From: Gemmatimonadales bacterium
GTDB lineage: Bacteria; Gemmatimonadota; Gemmatimonadetes; Gemmatimonadales; GWC2-71-9
Assembly: GCA_035695405.1 (NCBI GenBank)
Contig: DASSED010000179.1
Location: forward strand, 1 to 63,300
Length of the DNA stretch: 63,300 nucleotides
Direction of reading: 5' to 3'
A program made the translations under genes and the position numbers. Below are positions 49,201 to 60,637 of the stretch, one piece after another (the stretch's first letter is position 1; every line of letters starts with the position of its first letter). The notes under the pieces were generated by a model. The model worked only from the letters and a program-made list of their open reading frames with translations, was not told the origin of the DNA and searched no databases.

Positions 49201-49662
49201 TCATTTCTTGACTTCGAACTCCTTGGTGCCGGCGGGACTGCCGTCAACCGTCACTTCGACCTTGTACTTTCCGGCAGGCCATCCGCTGGCCTTCGCAAGG
49301 TGAAACTCGGTGGCGGCCGGACCTGTTGGAGCGATGGTTTCCTTGGCCTCCTTGATGGTCTGACCGTCCTGATAGCTCCACTTGACTCCGATGGTCTTGC
49401 TGGGAGCCGAGCCTTCGGTGGCCACCGAGACGTAAATCGTATCCCGAGGCGCAAAGGACGTCGTCGGGTTCGAGATCCGTTTGTCTGATCCGATCTGTTT
49501 CCCCACATCCACCCCGCGTACGCTGAATTCCGCTGAGGATGCGGTGGGGGATGCCGCACCGGTGTCACTGGGTGGGGCGGGTGCCTGCTTCTTACAGCCC
49601 CCCAGTGCGAGCGTGGCCAGACCCACTGCGAGAGTGAAGAATCTGTGTCCCTGCGAGCGCAT
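49201..49662 (-). CDS. Hypothetical lipoprotein
   Basis: Lipobox LATLALGGC, then a beta-rich ~120-aa domain with no motif I recognise. Confidence 0.6.
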   Translation of the reverse strand: MRSQGHRFFTLAVGLATLALGGCKKQAPAPPSDTGAASPTASSAEFSVRGVDVGKQIGSDKRISNPTTSFAPRDTIYVSVATEGSAPSKTIGVKWSYQDGQTIKEAKETIAPTGPAATEFHLAKASGWPAGKYKVEVTVDGSPAGTKEFEVKK

Positions 49663-49683
49663 GCGATGTCTCCTGGATTCGAT

Positions 49684-49914
49684 TCAGGGAATACGGAATG
49701 TCTGGCCGGGATAAATCAGATCCGGGTTCTTGATCTGGTCTCGGTTTGCCTCATAGATCTTCTGCCACTGTTTGGCGTCCCCATAAAAACGTTTGGCGAT
49801 CTTCGATAGGCTGTCACCCTTCACCACGGTATAGCTCTGGCCCCCGGCGGGCGGCGCCGTGGAGGAGCTACCGCTCTCGACATCGGAGAAATCGGCTTTG
49901 TTGGGATCGGGCAT
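49684..49914 (-). CDS. Small LysM-domain protein (resembles the C-terminal LysM half of Kbp/YgaU, no BON domain)
   Basis: YTVVKGDSLSKIAKRFYGDAKQWQKIYEANRDQIKNPDLIYPGQTFRIP closely parallels the E. coli YgaU LysM segment as I recall it. Confidence 0.8.
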   Translation of the reverse strand: MPDPNKADFSDVESGSSSTAPPAGGQSYTVVKGDSLSKIAKRFYGDAKQWQKIYEANRDQIKNPDLIYPGQTFRIP

Positions 49915-49941
49915 GGTACACTCCAGCTAAGGGAAGAAACG

Positions 49942-50526
49942 TCAGCGGCGTCCAAATAAGCCACCGAGCATGCCGCTTACATCGTCGAGTGCCGACCCAT
50001 CATGGTTACGGTCGAGCAGACGCCCTACGGCGCCTAGGACACCCGGTGCCCGAGCGCCAAGCTCCTCTCGTTCCTGGCCCAGCACCCGTGCGAGCCCCTG
50101 CGGATCAAGGCCCTGCTGAGCCCGGGCTCGGCCCAAGGCGCCCATCAGGAGTGGCGCCAGCATGGTGAGCAGCGGGCCCACCTTCGACAGGTCGAGGCCG
50201 GATGCCTGAGAGATTCCCTGCTCCGCCACCGACCGTCGGTCGCCCAGGATGTGCCCCAGGATCGCCTCGCCGTCGTTCGACGATTGGTTGTCAGCCACCT
50301 TGGCGGCATCGAGTACACTGCCATCGTGGTCGCGCACGAGGGCTTGGTGGAGTTGCTCTGCCCCCTGGGGATCGCTCGCGTTCTTCGCGAGAGCACCGAG
50401 CAGCAGAGGAACGGCGGCGGCGATGGCCTTGCTCGTGTTTCCCTCGTTGGCTCCGAGGCGGGATGTGAGCTGCGAGAGTAGGCCCGGATCGAGGTGGGTG
50501 CTCAGGGTATCGAGAATGGATGCCAT
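49942..50526 (-). CDS. DUF937 (YidB-like) family protein
   Basis: Helical Ala/Leu/Gly-rich protein. LLGALAKNASDP, LLMGALG and a C-terminal ...MLGGLFGRR are typical of DUF937 as I recall it. Confidence 0.65.
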   Translation of the reverse strand: MASILDTLSTHLDPGLLSQLTSRLGANEGNTSKAIAAAVPLLLGALAKNASDPQGAEQLHQALVRDHDGSVLDAAKVADNQSSNDGEAILGHILGDRRSVAEQGISQASGLDLSKVGPLLTMLAPLLMGALGRARAQQGLDPQGLARVLGQEREELGARAPGVLGAVGRLLDRNHDGSALDDVSGMLGGLFGRR

Positions 50527-50628
50527 AGATGGTCCTCCATCAGGAAGGCGGCAGGCCGGAAGGGTCCGAGAAGAAACTACCAGCGAGGTGCTATCTACAT
50601 TGGGGAGGGACCATCCGCAATTGTCGGC

Positions 50629-52812
50629 TCAGGAGCCTTGAGGTGCCTCGCGGCGTTCGATCTCGGTGACACCTTTGACGCGCCGCACCGCCTTCATGAC
50701 TTTGGCCAGATGAGGCAGGTTATCCACTTCCACGAAGATGGTGCCGAAAACAGTACCGTCTTTCGTGTGCAGGTCGGCACCGCGAATGTTGGTACCCGTT
50801 TGGCTGATCGCTTCCATGATATCCGCGTAGAGTCCCCGGCGATCCTCTCCCGAGACCGCGAGACGCACCGCGAATGCCTCTCCCTGGGTCTCCTGCCAAT
50901 CGATATCTACTCGCCGCTCGTCAGCTGCGAGCGTGAGCAGGTTGGGGCAGTCGGAGCGATGGATGGAGATGCCCCGCCCCTGGGTCACGTAGCCTACGAC
51001 CGAGTCGCCGGGGACTGGCTGGCAGCATTGGGCATAGCGGACCATCAGACCATCGACGCCCTGGATCTTGATGCCCCGCCCCAGGCGAATGCGGTCAATG
51101 ACCCGGCCGAACACCGTGGGCTTGGGCTCCTGGAGCTCATCGGTGGGAAGCTCGGGATAGAGCGCTCGCATGACCTGACCGATGGGCACGTCTCCCCGCC
51201 CAATCGCGATCTCCAGTCCCTTCCCATCCGCCAGCGAAAGCGTCTCCGCGGCTCGGCTCAGTCGTTCGTCACTCGGCGTCTCGAGACGGCGCCGCCGGAT
51301 TTCACGGACCAGAATGTCCTTCCCCAAGCTCCGGCTAACGGTCTCTTCCTCGTGATTGACCCATTGCTTGATCTTGTGCCGGGCCCGCGCCGTGCGCACG
51401 TGGCTGAGCCAATCGCGGCTGGGCTTGGCCGAGGAGCTGGTGAGAATCTCCACCGTGTCACCACTCTTGAGCTCACGATGGAGCGGCGCGATTCGCCCGT
51501 TCACCTTGGCACCCTGACACTTGAGCCCGACCTCGGTGTGCACGTGGAAGGCGAAGTCGATGGCGGTCGAGCCTTTGGGCAGCCGCTTCACATCTCCCAA
51601 CGGGGTGAAAATGAAGATTTCGTCCTGATACAGGTCGATCTTCAGAAACTCGAGGAACTCCTCGGGGCTGTGGGTGTCCTGCTGCAGCTCCAGCAGCTGA
51701 CGGAACCACCCCAGATGCTGGTCCAGCTCGTCGGTGCTGCCATCCCGTTTGTAGAGCCAATGAGCCGCGATGCCGTACTCCGCAGTCCGGTGCATGTCCT
51801 GGGTGCGGATCTGGACCTCGAAGAGCTGGCCGCCCGGACCGAAGATGGTAGTGTGGAGCGACTGGTAGGCGTTCGACTTGGGGCTCGCGATGTAGTCCTT
51901 GATCCGCTCCTGGATGGGCGTCCAGTTGTGATGGATGATGCCCAGGACATGGTAGCAGTCCGGCACCGAGCGCACGATGACCCGCACGGCCATGAGATCG
52001 TAAATCTCGTCGAACGCCTTCCCCCGCTTCTTCATCTTCTGGAAGATGGACCAGAGGTGCTTGGGACGGCCCGTGACCTCGAACCAGTCGATGCCAGCCT
52101 GTCGCAGTTCCTGATCCAGCGGGGTCTTCAGCTTGAGGATGGTCTGTTCCCGGGCGGCGCGCTTGGCCGCCACCTGGGTGGCCAGCTCTCGATAATCATC
52201 GGGCTCCAGGAACTTGAAAGCCAGGTCTTCCAGCTCGGCCTTGATCCCGGCCATGCCGAAACGGTGCGCCAACGGCGCGTAGATCTCGCGCGTCTCCAGC
52301 GCGATCCGGCTCCGGCGCTCGGGCGGCAGGTGCTCGAGGGTCCGCATGGTGTGTAGCCGGTCGCCCAGCTTGATGATGATGACCCGGGCGTCCCTCGCGA
52401 TCGACAGCAGCAGCTTGCGGTAGTTCTCGACCTGCTCCTCGGCTGAGGAGTGAAACGTCAGGCTCGAGATCTTGGTGAGTCCCTCGACGATGCCGGCCAC
52501 CTCCGGTCCGAATTCCCGGGCGATATCCTCGGTCTGCACGTCGGAGTCTTCGACCACATCGTGCAGCAAGGCCGCCACGATGGTGGTGGTGTCGAGCAGC
52601 TGTTCGGCCAGGATCATCGCCACCGCGATGGTGTGGGAGACAAAGTCTTCCCCCGACATTCGCTTCTGACCGCGATGGGCAGACGCGCTGAAGCGGAGGG
52701 CTCGCTCGACCTGCTCGAGGTCGAGGCGGTCCGCGTGGCGCTCGAGCACGGCCCTCAGGTCCGGGGCCAGCTCGGGCAAGGTCCCGGTTACGGGCGCCTT
52801 GGTGCCGGTCAC
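50629..52812 (-). CDS. Bifunctional (p)ppGpp synthetase/hydrolase (RelA/SpoT homologue)
   Basis: HD hydrolase domain (HRGQKRMSGEDFVSHT...LLHDVVED), synthetase (YQSLHTTI), TGS and C-terminal ACT regions. 727 aa. Confidence 0.95.
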   Translation of the reverse strand: MTGTKAPVTGTLPELAPDLRAVLERHADRLDLEQVERALRFSASAHRGQKRMSGEDFVSHTIAVAMILAEQLLDTTTIVAALLHDVVEDSDVQTEDIAREFGPEVAGIVEGLTKISSLTFHSSAEEQVENYRKLLLSIARDARVIIIKLGDRLHTMRTLEHLPPERRSRIALETREIYAPLAHRFGMAGIKAELEDLAFKFLEPDDYRELATQVAAKRAAREQTILKLKTPLDQELRQAGIDWFEVTGRPKHLWSIFQKMKKRGKAFDEIYDLMAVRVIVRSVPDCYHVLGIIHHNWTPIQERIKDYIASPKSNAYQSLHTTIFGPGGQLFEVQIRTQDMHRTAEYGIAAHWLYKRDGSTDELDQHLGWFRQLLELQQDTHSPEEFLEFLKIDLYQDEIFIFTPLGDVKRLPKGSTAIDFAFHVHTEVGLKCQGAKVNGRIAPLHRELKSGDTVEILTSSSAKPSRDWLSHVRTARARHKIKQWVNHEEETVSRSLGKDILVREIRRRRLETPSDERLSRAAETLSLADGKGLEIAIGRGDVPIGQVMRALYPELPTDELQEPKPTVFGRVIDRIRLGRGIKIQGVDGLMVRYAQCCQPVPGDSVVGYVTQGRGISIHRSDCPNLLTLAADERRVDIDWQETQGEAFAVRLAVSGEDRRGLYADIMEAISQTGTNIRGADLHTKDGTVFGTIFVEVDNLPHLAKVMKAVRRVKGVTEIERREAPQGS

Positions 52813-53492
52813 AGCAGTCCTGCCGCGGCAAAGCTCACGAAGCGATCTCCAGCAATGATGACGTGGTCGTACAGTGGCACATCGAGCAGCTGCCCGGCTG
52901 ACAACAGCTGCTTGGTGGCCGCCCGATCCTCCGCCGACGGCGTGGGGTCTCCACTCGGATGGTTGTGGACGACGATGATTCCAGCCGCGGCCTCGGCGAT
53001 GGCCGGCCGAAACACTTCGCGGGGGTGAACCAGGGAGCTGTTCAGCAGCCCACGCGTGATCAACACCTCGCGAAGCACCTGACTCTGACTGTCCAGCGCG
53101 AGGAGATGGAATTCCTCCACCTGAAGGTCACGCAACCGGGTACCAAACAGACGAATCACATCCTCGGGTTCCCGAATCCGCGGCGCCGTCGGACGCTCTT
53201 CCCGCGCGATCCGGGCACCCAACTCGAAAGCCGCGAGCAGGCGGCCCGCCTTGGTTGGTCCGATGCCTGGGGAGCGCAGCAACTCCGCAGCGGGACGCTG
53301 GGTCAGTCGGCGCAGCGACCCGTCGGTAAGCTCCAACAGCTTGGCAGCCAGCCCCAATACGTTCTGACCGCCGCCCCCTGTACCTAACAGGATGGCAAGA
53401 AGTTCGGCGGTCGTCAACGCGGCCGGGCCCAGCGACCAGAGGCGTTCGCGGGGACGATCGATGTCGAGCAGAGCGGAAACTGAAGCGGCCAC
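52809..53492 (-). CDS. radC: RadC family (JAB/MPN domain) protein
   Basis: N-terminal HhH-like region and a JAMM-like HNHPSGDPTPSAEDRAAT. GTGA overlap with rel. Confidence 0.85.
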   Translation of the reverse strand: MAASVSALLDIDRPRERLWSLGPAALTTAELLAILLGTGGGGQNVLGLAAKLLELTDGSLRRLTQRPAAELLRSPGIGPTKAGRLLAAFELGARIAREERPTAPRIREPEDVIRLFGTRLRDLQVEEFHLLALDSQSQVLREVLITRGLLNSSLVHPREVFRPAIAEAAAGIIVVHNHPSGDPTPSAEDRAATKQLLSAGQLLDVPLYDHVIIAGDRFVSFAAAGLL

Positions 53493-53566
53493 CTCGAATC
53501 ATAGGGGCCGCTTGGGGTTAGGCTCGTTCCATTATCCTGCGATGACTATGCAACTTACGCCACTAC

Positions 53567-56709
<3,143 letters not shown>

Positions 56710-56713
<4 letters not shown>

Positions 56714-57282
56714 TCTGGGTCCAAATATAACCGGTGGGCCGAGATATACTCCGCCACCGTGTCCGGGACCCAATAACGAACGGAGCGCCCCTCCCGGATC
56801 CTTTCGCGGATCCGGGTTGCCGAGATGTCGATAGCCGGGACCTGAATCACCTGGGCCACGATAGGTGAGGTTGGCACCGCGGCACCCGGCCGGGCGAACA
56901 CCACAACCCGCGCCAGCTCAGGTAGGCGCTCGGCCTGATGCCAGGCGGGCAGCTCGGCCGCCGCGTCGGACCCAAGCAATAAGACCAGCTTCCTCTCGGG
57001 CTCGCGATGGTGAAGCTCCTGCAGGGTATCGATGGTGTAGGAGGGACCTGGCCGGCTCAACTCGATCGTCTCCAGGGTAAACCGGGATTCGCCGGCGATG
57101 GCCAAGGCGAGCATGGCGGCGCGGTGTTCCGCCGAGGTGGAGTGGCGCCCGCGCTTGAGCGGTTGCTCTCGGGCCGGCACGAACCGGAGCTGCTCCAGAC
57201 CAAGCTGCTCCAGCGCGACCCGCGCCACGATCAGATGGCCATGGTGCACCGGATCAAACGAGCCGCCGAAGATACCGACCAT
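56710..57282 (-). CDS. nadD: Nicotinate-nucleotide adenylyltransferase
   Basis: [11 protein letters not shown] (HxGH) and ISATRIRE (ISST-like) motifs. Trimmed to MVGIFGG. The 134-aa upstream extension in the track overlaps bamD. Confidence 0.88.
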
Positions 57283-57290
57283 GCCGGCGG

Positions 57291-58085
57291 TTACGCCCCT
57301 GCAGGCTCGGCGGGACAGACCTCGTTGGCGCCAGGTGTCTTGGGATGGAAGCGACGGATGTACCCGCAGGTCTCCTGGACGTCTTCCCGATAGCCCAATG
57401 TCTTGTACGCTTGGACCAGCTTGATCAAGGCGTCGGGAACGACGGACGCCTTGGGATAATTCGCGACCAGGTCCTTGAGATACAGAATGGCGGAATCGTA
57501 GGCCTTCAGCCGAAAATAGAAGACCGCTGACTTGTAGGCCTTGTAGGCAAACCGCTCGTTGAGCTCGGTAATCCGGAGCTGGGCCCGCTCGGCGGCCTTC
57601 GTGCCGGGATACCGGTTCAACAACTCCTGATACGTGGCCAGTGAGGTCTGGCCGTAGGTTGGATCCAGCTCGGGGCGCCGCCACAGGTCGGCGTACACGT
57701 CTCCCAGTCGCAGCAAGGCCTCAGGAGCAATCGGGTCGTTGGGAGTCTCATCCGAGGCCTTGCGAAACTCCCGCGCGGCCTCCAGGTGTCGTCCCTGGCC
57801 ATAGTAGGCCTCGCCGAGCCAAAAATGCGCCCGAGCAATCCGCGGATCACCGGGGGCGAACTCGAGCAGCACCCGGTCGAGAAGCTTGGCCGCCTCGTTC
57901 CACTTCCCCTGCCGAACAGCCGTCTCGCTCTGATGCCAGAGAGAGTCGATCGTGGCGGAGGACGCCGTGACTGGAGTCGGGGAGACATCCGCTCCCTTGG
58001 TGCTGCGAGCGCCCCCGCAGGCACTCAAGAGAAGCAGCATCGCACCGGTTCGGCGGATCATTGGGCTCCTAGCGATCGATGTCAC
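57291..58085 (-). CDS. bamD: Outer membrane protein assembly factor BamD (YfiO)
   Basis: Lipobox LLLLSACGG and TPR-like helices, with the BamD-typical ...YPGTKAAERAQLRI...AYKSAVFYFRLKAYDSAI...YP.S. The start may instead be the ATG at 58061. Confidence 0.8.
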   Translation of the reverse strand: MTSIARSPMIRRTGAMLLLLSACGGARSTKGADVSPTPVTASSATIDSLWHQSETAVRQGKWNEAAKLLDRVLLEFAPGDPRIARAHFWLGEAYYGQGRHLEAAREFRKASDETPNDPIAPEALLRLGDVYADLWRRPELDPTYGQTSLATYQELLNRYPGTKAAERAQLRITELNERFAYKAYKSAVFYFRLKAYDSAILYLKDLVANYPKASVVPDALIKLVQAYKTLGYREDVQETCGYIRRFHPKTPGANEVCPAEPAGA

Positions 58086-58981
58086 GGCTGGACGGCTCGA
58101 AGGTTACTGAGTCGGTCTCGGGCCATCAGACTGATCGAATCACTCTGGACCCGGTCCGACGCCACGGCCTGGAACGCAAGCGCGCCCGCGATGGTATCGC
58201 CCAGCTTGAGCCGGGCATCTCCATATCCGATCAGGGCGCGCCGGCCCACCGTGGTGCTGGAGTCGATGCGGATTGCCGCCGCGTACCAGAGGGTTGCGTC
58301 CTGGTACTTCCCGCCCGCCTCGGATCGCAGTCCCAAGGCGAGAGAACAGGCTGCGACCCCCTCCTCGGCTCGGGTGCGGAGGGCGGCGACTTTGGTGCGT
58401 CGAAGCGTGGCCTGGAAGACGGGCAGAGCCTGATCGCAGGTGGCCGTCTCCCGGAGGGCAGCGGCATACACCACCAGGAGGGAGTCAACCGCCTCGGCAT
58501 CAGGGGCAACCGCTATGGCTCCGGGAAGGACTCCCACCAGATCGCTGGCCTGGGCGCCAGGCTTACGTACCAGGGAGAGGGCGTAGCGACCGACCGATCT
58601 CTGGGGAGCTACGGCTCCAAGCCCGATAACCACCGATTCGAGCTGCTTGGCATCGCCGGCCCGTTCAGCCGCGCGGGCTACCATTTCCAGCCCCTCGGCT
58701 GCCTCTTCCCCTCGGGTCGGATCTTCGGCTGCGAGCCGCAGGTAGGAGTCAGTAGCGACACCGAGATTCCCAGTGTGATAGGCGGCAGCACCTGCCTTGG
58801 CCCATACCCGAGCGTCGGGTGACGCTTTCAATGCCTCGCGGTATTCCAACAACGCTTGATCGAAGCGGCCCGCGCCATAGGCCTCGTCGCCCCGCCGCTC
58901 ATGATCGCTGCTTTTCCCGCACGCGCAGAACATCACCGCACCCAGGACAAGGCCAAGCCCGAGGGTACGCCCCAGCAACAT
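58082..58981 (-). CDS. Hypothetical lipoprotein with TPR-like helical repeats
   Basis: Trimmed to MLLGRTLGLGLVLGAVMFCACG (lipobox). Ala-rich helical repeats. The start shares 1 nt with the upstream stop. Confidence 0.55.
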   Translation of the reverse strand: MLLGRTLGLGLVLGAVMFCACGKSSDHERRGDEAYGAGRFDQALLEYREALKASPDARVWAKAGAAAYHTGNLGVATDSYLRLAAEDPTRGEEAAEGLEMVARAAERAGDAKQLESVVIGLGAVAPQRSVGRYALSLVRKPGAQASDLVGVLPGAIAVAPDAEAVDSLLVVYAAALRETATCDQALPVFQATLRRTKVAALRTRAEEGVAACSLALGLRSEAGGKYQDATLWYAAAIRIDSSTTVGRRALIGYGDARLKLGDTIAGALAFQAVASDRVQSDSISLMARDRLSNLRAVQP

Positions 58982-59685
58982 CACCCGCCCCGATTGAGCA
59001 TGGCCAGATACGCTTCCACTCGATTGTTCTCCGGTCGGCGCGCGAGGCATTGCTCCCAAATTTCGCGGGCACCCGCGGCGTCTCCCGACAGGTAGTGAGC
59101 CAGTCCCAGCGCCGCCTCGGCATCGACGAACGACGGGCGGGCCTGCAGCACCTGCTCCAATGCCTCGCGCGCCTCCAGGGCGCGTCCGGCTTCCAGCAGC
59201 AGCTTCGCCATCCGGTAACGGAGGTCGTGAAACCCCGGACCCAGCTCCAAGGCGTGACGATATTGCTCTATCGCTCGATCCAGTGCTCCGGCCCCAGCAT
59301 AGGTCTCCGCCAGCTCAGCATGCTGATTGGCCAGCTGGGCCGCGGCCGGGGCGGGCAGTCCGGCGGTGGGCTCGGTGAGACTGGCGGTGGCGCGGCCAAA
59401 GGCTTCCTGGGCTTCCTCGGTGCGGCCCAGATCGTTCAGCACCAGGCCTCGGTGGATCAGCGCCTCCACGTATTTCGGGTTGAGCTCGAGAGCTCGCTCG
59501 AGCTCGGTCAGCGCGCGCTGCGCCTGACCGAGCAACGAGAGGGAGACACCCAGCAAGTGATGCACGTCGGCAAAGGAGCGACCCGAGTCGACCACCGACT
59601 CCAGCAGGTGCACCGCTCCATAGTAGTCCTGGACCACGAAGCGCTCCCGGGCTCGCGCCAGCAGGAGCTCAGTCTGCCCGGCCAT
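58981..59685 (-). CDS. TPR-repeat protein
   Basis: Several canonical 34-aa TPR units (ALELNPKYVEALIHRGLVL..., ALELGPGFHDLRYRMAKLL...). ATG at 59685 with GGGAGG upstream. Confidence 0.65.
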   Translation of the reverse strand: MAGQTELLLARARERFVVQDYYGAVHLLESVVDSGRSFADVHHLLGVSLSLLGQAQRALTELERALELNPKYVEALIHRGLVLNDLGRTEEAQEAFGRATASLTEPTAGLPAPAAAQLANQHAELAETYAGAGALDRAIEQYRHALELGPGFHDLRYRMAKLLLEAGRALEAREALEQVLQARPSFVDAEAALGLAHYLSGDAAGAREIWEQCLARRPENNRVEAYLAMLNRGG

Positions 59686-60637
59686 ATGCCTCCCGAAACC
59701 AGTGGACGAAACAGCGAATACCTTCCGCAAACGGGGTCTTGGGCGTGTACCCCAGCACGGCTTTCGACTTGGTCAGATCGGCGGCCGTCCGCTGTACGTC
59801 GCCCGGCTGCATCGGTGCCCACTCGATCCGGGGCTGGATCCCCAGCGCGCGGGCGATTTCCGCCACCATGTCCTCGGTGGGAATGGCGCGGTTGCCACCG
59901 AGATTGAACGTTTCGACTCCTATGGGAGCAGTCTCGGTCCACCGGATGGCGGCGAGCACGCCGGCTATGATATCGCTCGAATAGGTGTAGTCACGAGCCT
60001 GGGTGCCGTCCCCGAAGAGGGTCAGGGCCTGCCCCTCAGTGATCTTACGGGTAAATGCATGAATGGCGAGGTCGGGTCGCTGCCGCGGCCCGTACACGGT
60101 AAAGAAGCGCAGCGACGCGGCCCGAAAGCGATAAATCGGCGCCACTGAGCTCAAGAACAATTCAGCCGCGCGCTTGGTGGCCGCGTAGGGAGAGACCGGC
60201 ATCACCGCCACGGCGTCCTCCCGAAACGGCACCGGCGTGCTGTCACCGTACACCGACGAGGACGAGCCGAACACAATACGGGAAACACCCGCCTGACGCG
60301 CCGCTTCGAGCATGGTGGCTGTGCCGGTGACGTTGGCGCTGGCGTACCCCACGGGATCTGCCAGCGATGGCCGAACGCCCGCTTTGGCAGCCAGGTGAAC
60401 GACTACAGTATCCGGGGTGAGTCGCTTGCGAATGGCAGGAACATTGAGAACATCCTGCTCCATGAACGAGAACCCCGCTGCCTTTCTCGCCTCAGCGAGG
60501 TTCCGTTCCTTCATGTCCCGGGAGTAGAACGGATCGAAGTTATCCACTCCCAGCACTTCATCGCCCTGAGCGAGCAGGGCCTCTACCAGATGAGATCCGA
60601 TGAACCCGGCTGCGCCTGTGACCAGGACACGAGTCAT
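59669..60637 (-). CDS. NAD-dependent epimerase/dehydratase (UDP-glucuronate 4-epimerase-like)
   Basis: VTGAAGFIGSH and catalytic YAATKRAAE. ATGA overlap with ugd. Trimmed from the 370-aa track ORF. Confidence 0.85.
   Translation of the reverse strand: MTRVLVTGAAGFIGSHLVEALLAQGDEVLGVDNFDPFYSRDMKERNLAEARKAAGFSFMEQDVLNVPAIRKRLTPDTVVVHLAAKAGVRPSLADPVGYASANVTGTATMLEAARQAGVSRIVFGSSSSVYGDSTPVPFREDAVAVMPVSPYAATKRAAELFLSSVAPIYRFRAASLRFFTVYGPRQRPDLAIHAFTRKITEGQALTLFGDGTQARDYTYSSDIIAGVLAAIRWTETAPIGVETFNLGGNRAIPTEDMVAEIARALGIQPRIEWAPMQPGDVQRTAADLTKSKAVLGYTPKTPFAEGIRCFVHWFREAYGRAD

Noticed and set aside
50494-52356. 620-aa plus-strand ORF antisense to the RelA/SpoT gene
   Set aside because: A mirror-frame artefact of a high-GC gene with no recognisable domain.
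57283-57684. Long N-terminal extensions in the track ORFs. Examples are nadD (324 aa), pal (299 aa), the ZIP gene (316 aa), tsaB, secA, accC, pilT, the 59669..60781 epimerase and ftsK.
   Set aside because: - Each extension overlaps the preceding well-supported gene.
- Each is Arg/Pro/Gly/Ser-rich.
- Each ends at an internal ATG/GTG that abuts or overlaps the upstream stop codon and gives the canonical family N-terminus (for example [11 protein letters not shown] for NadD, and a lipobox start for Pal).
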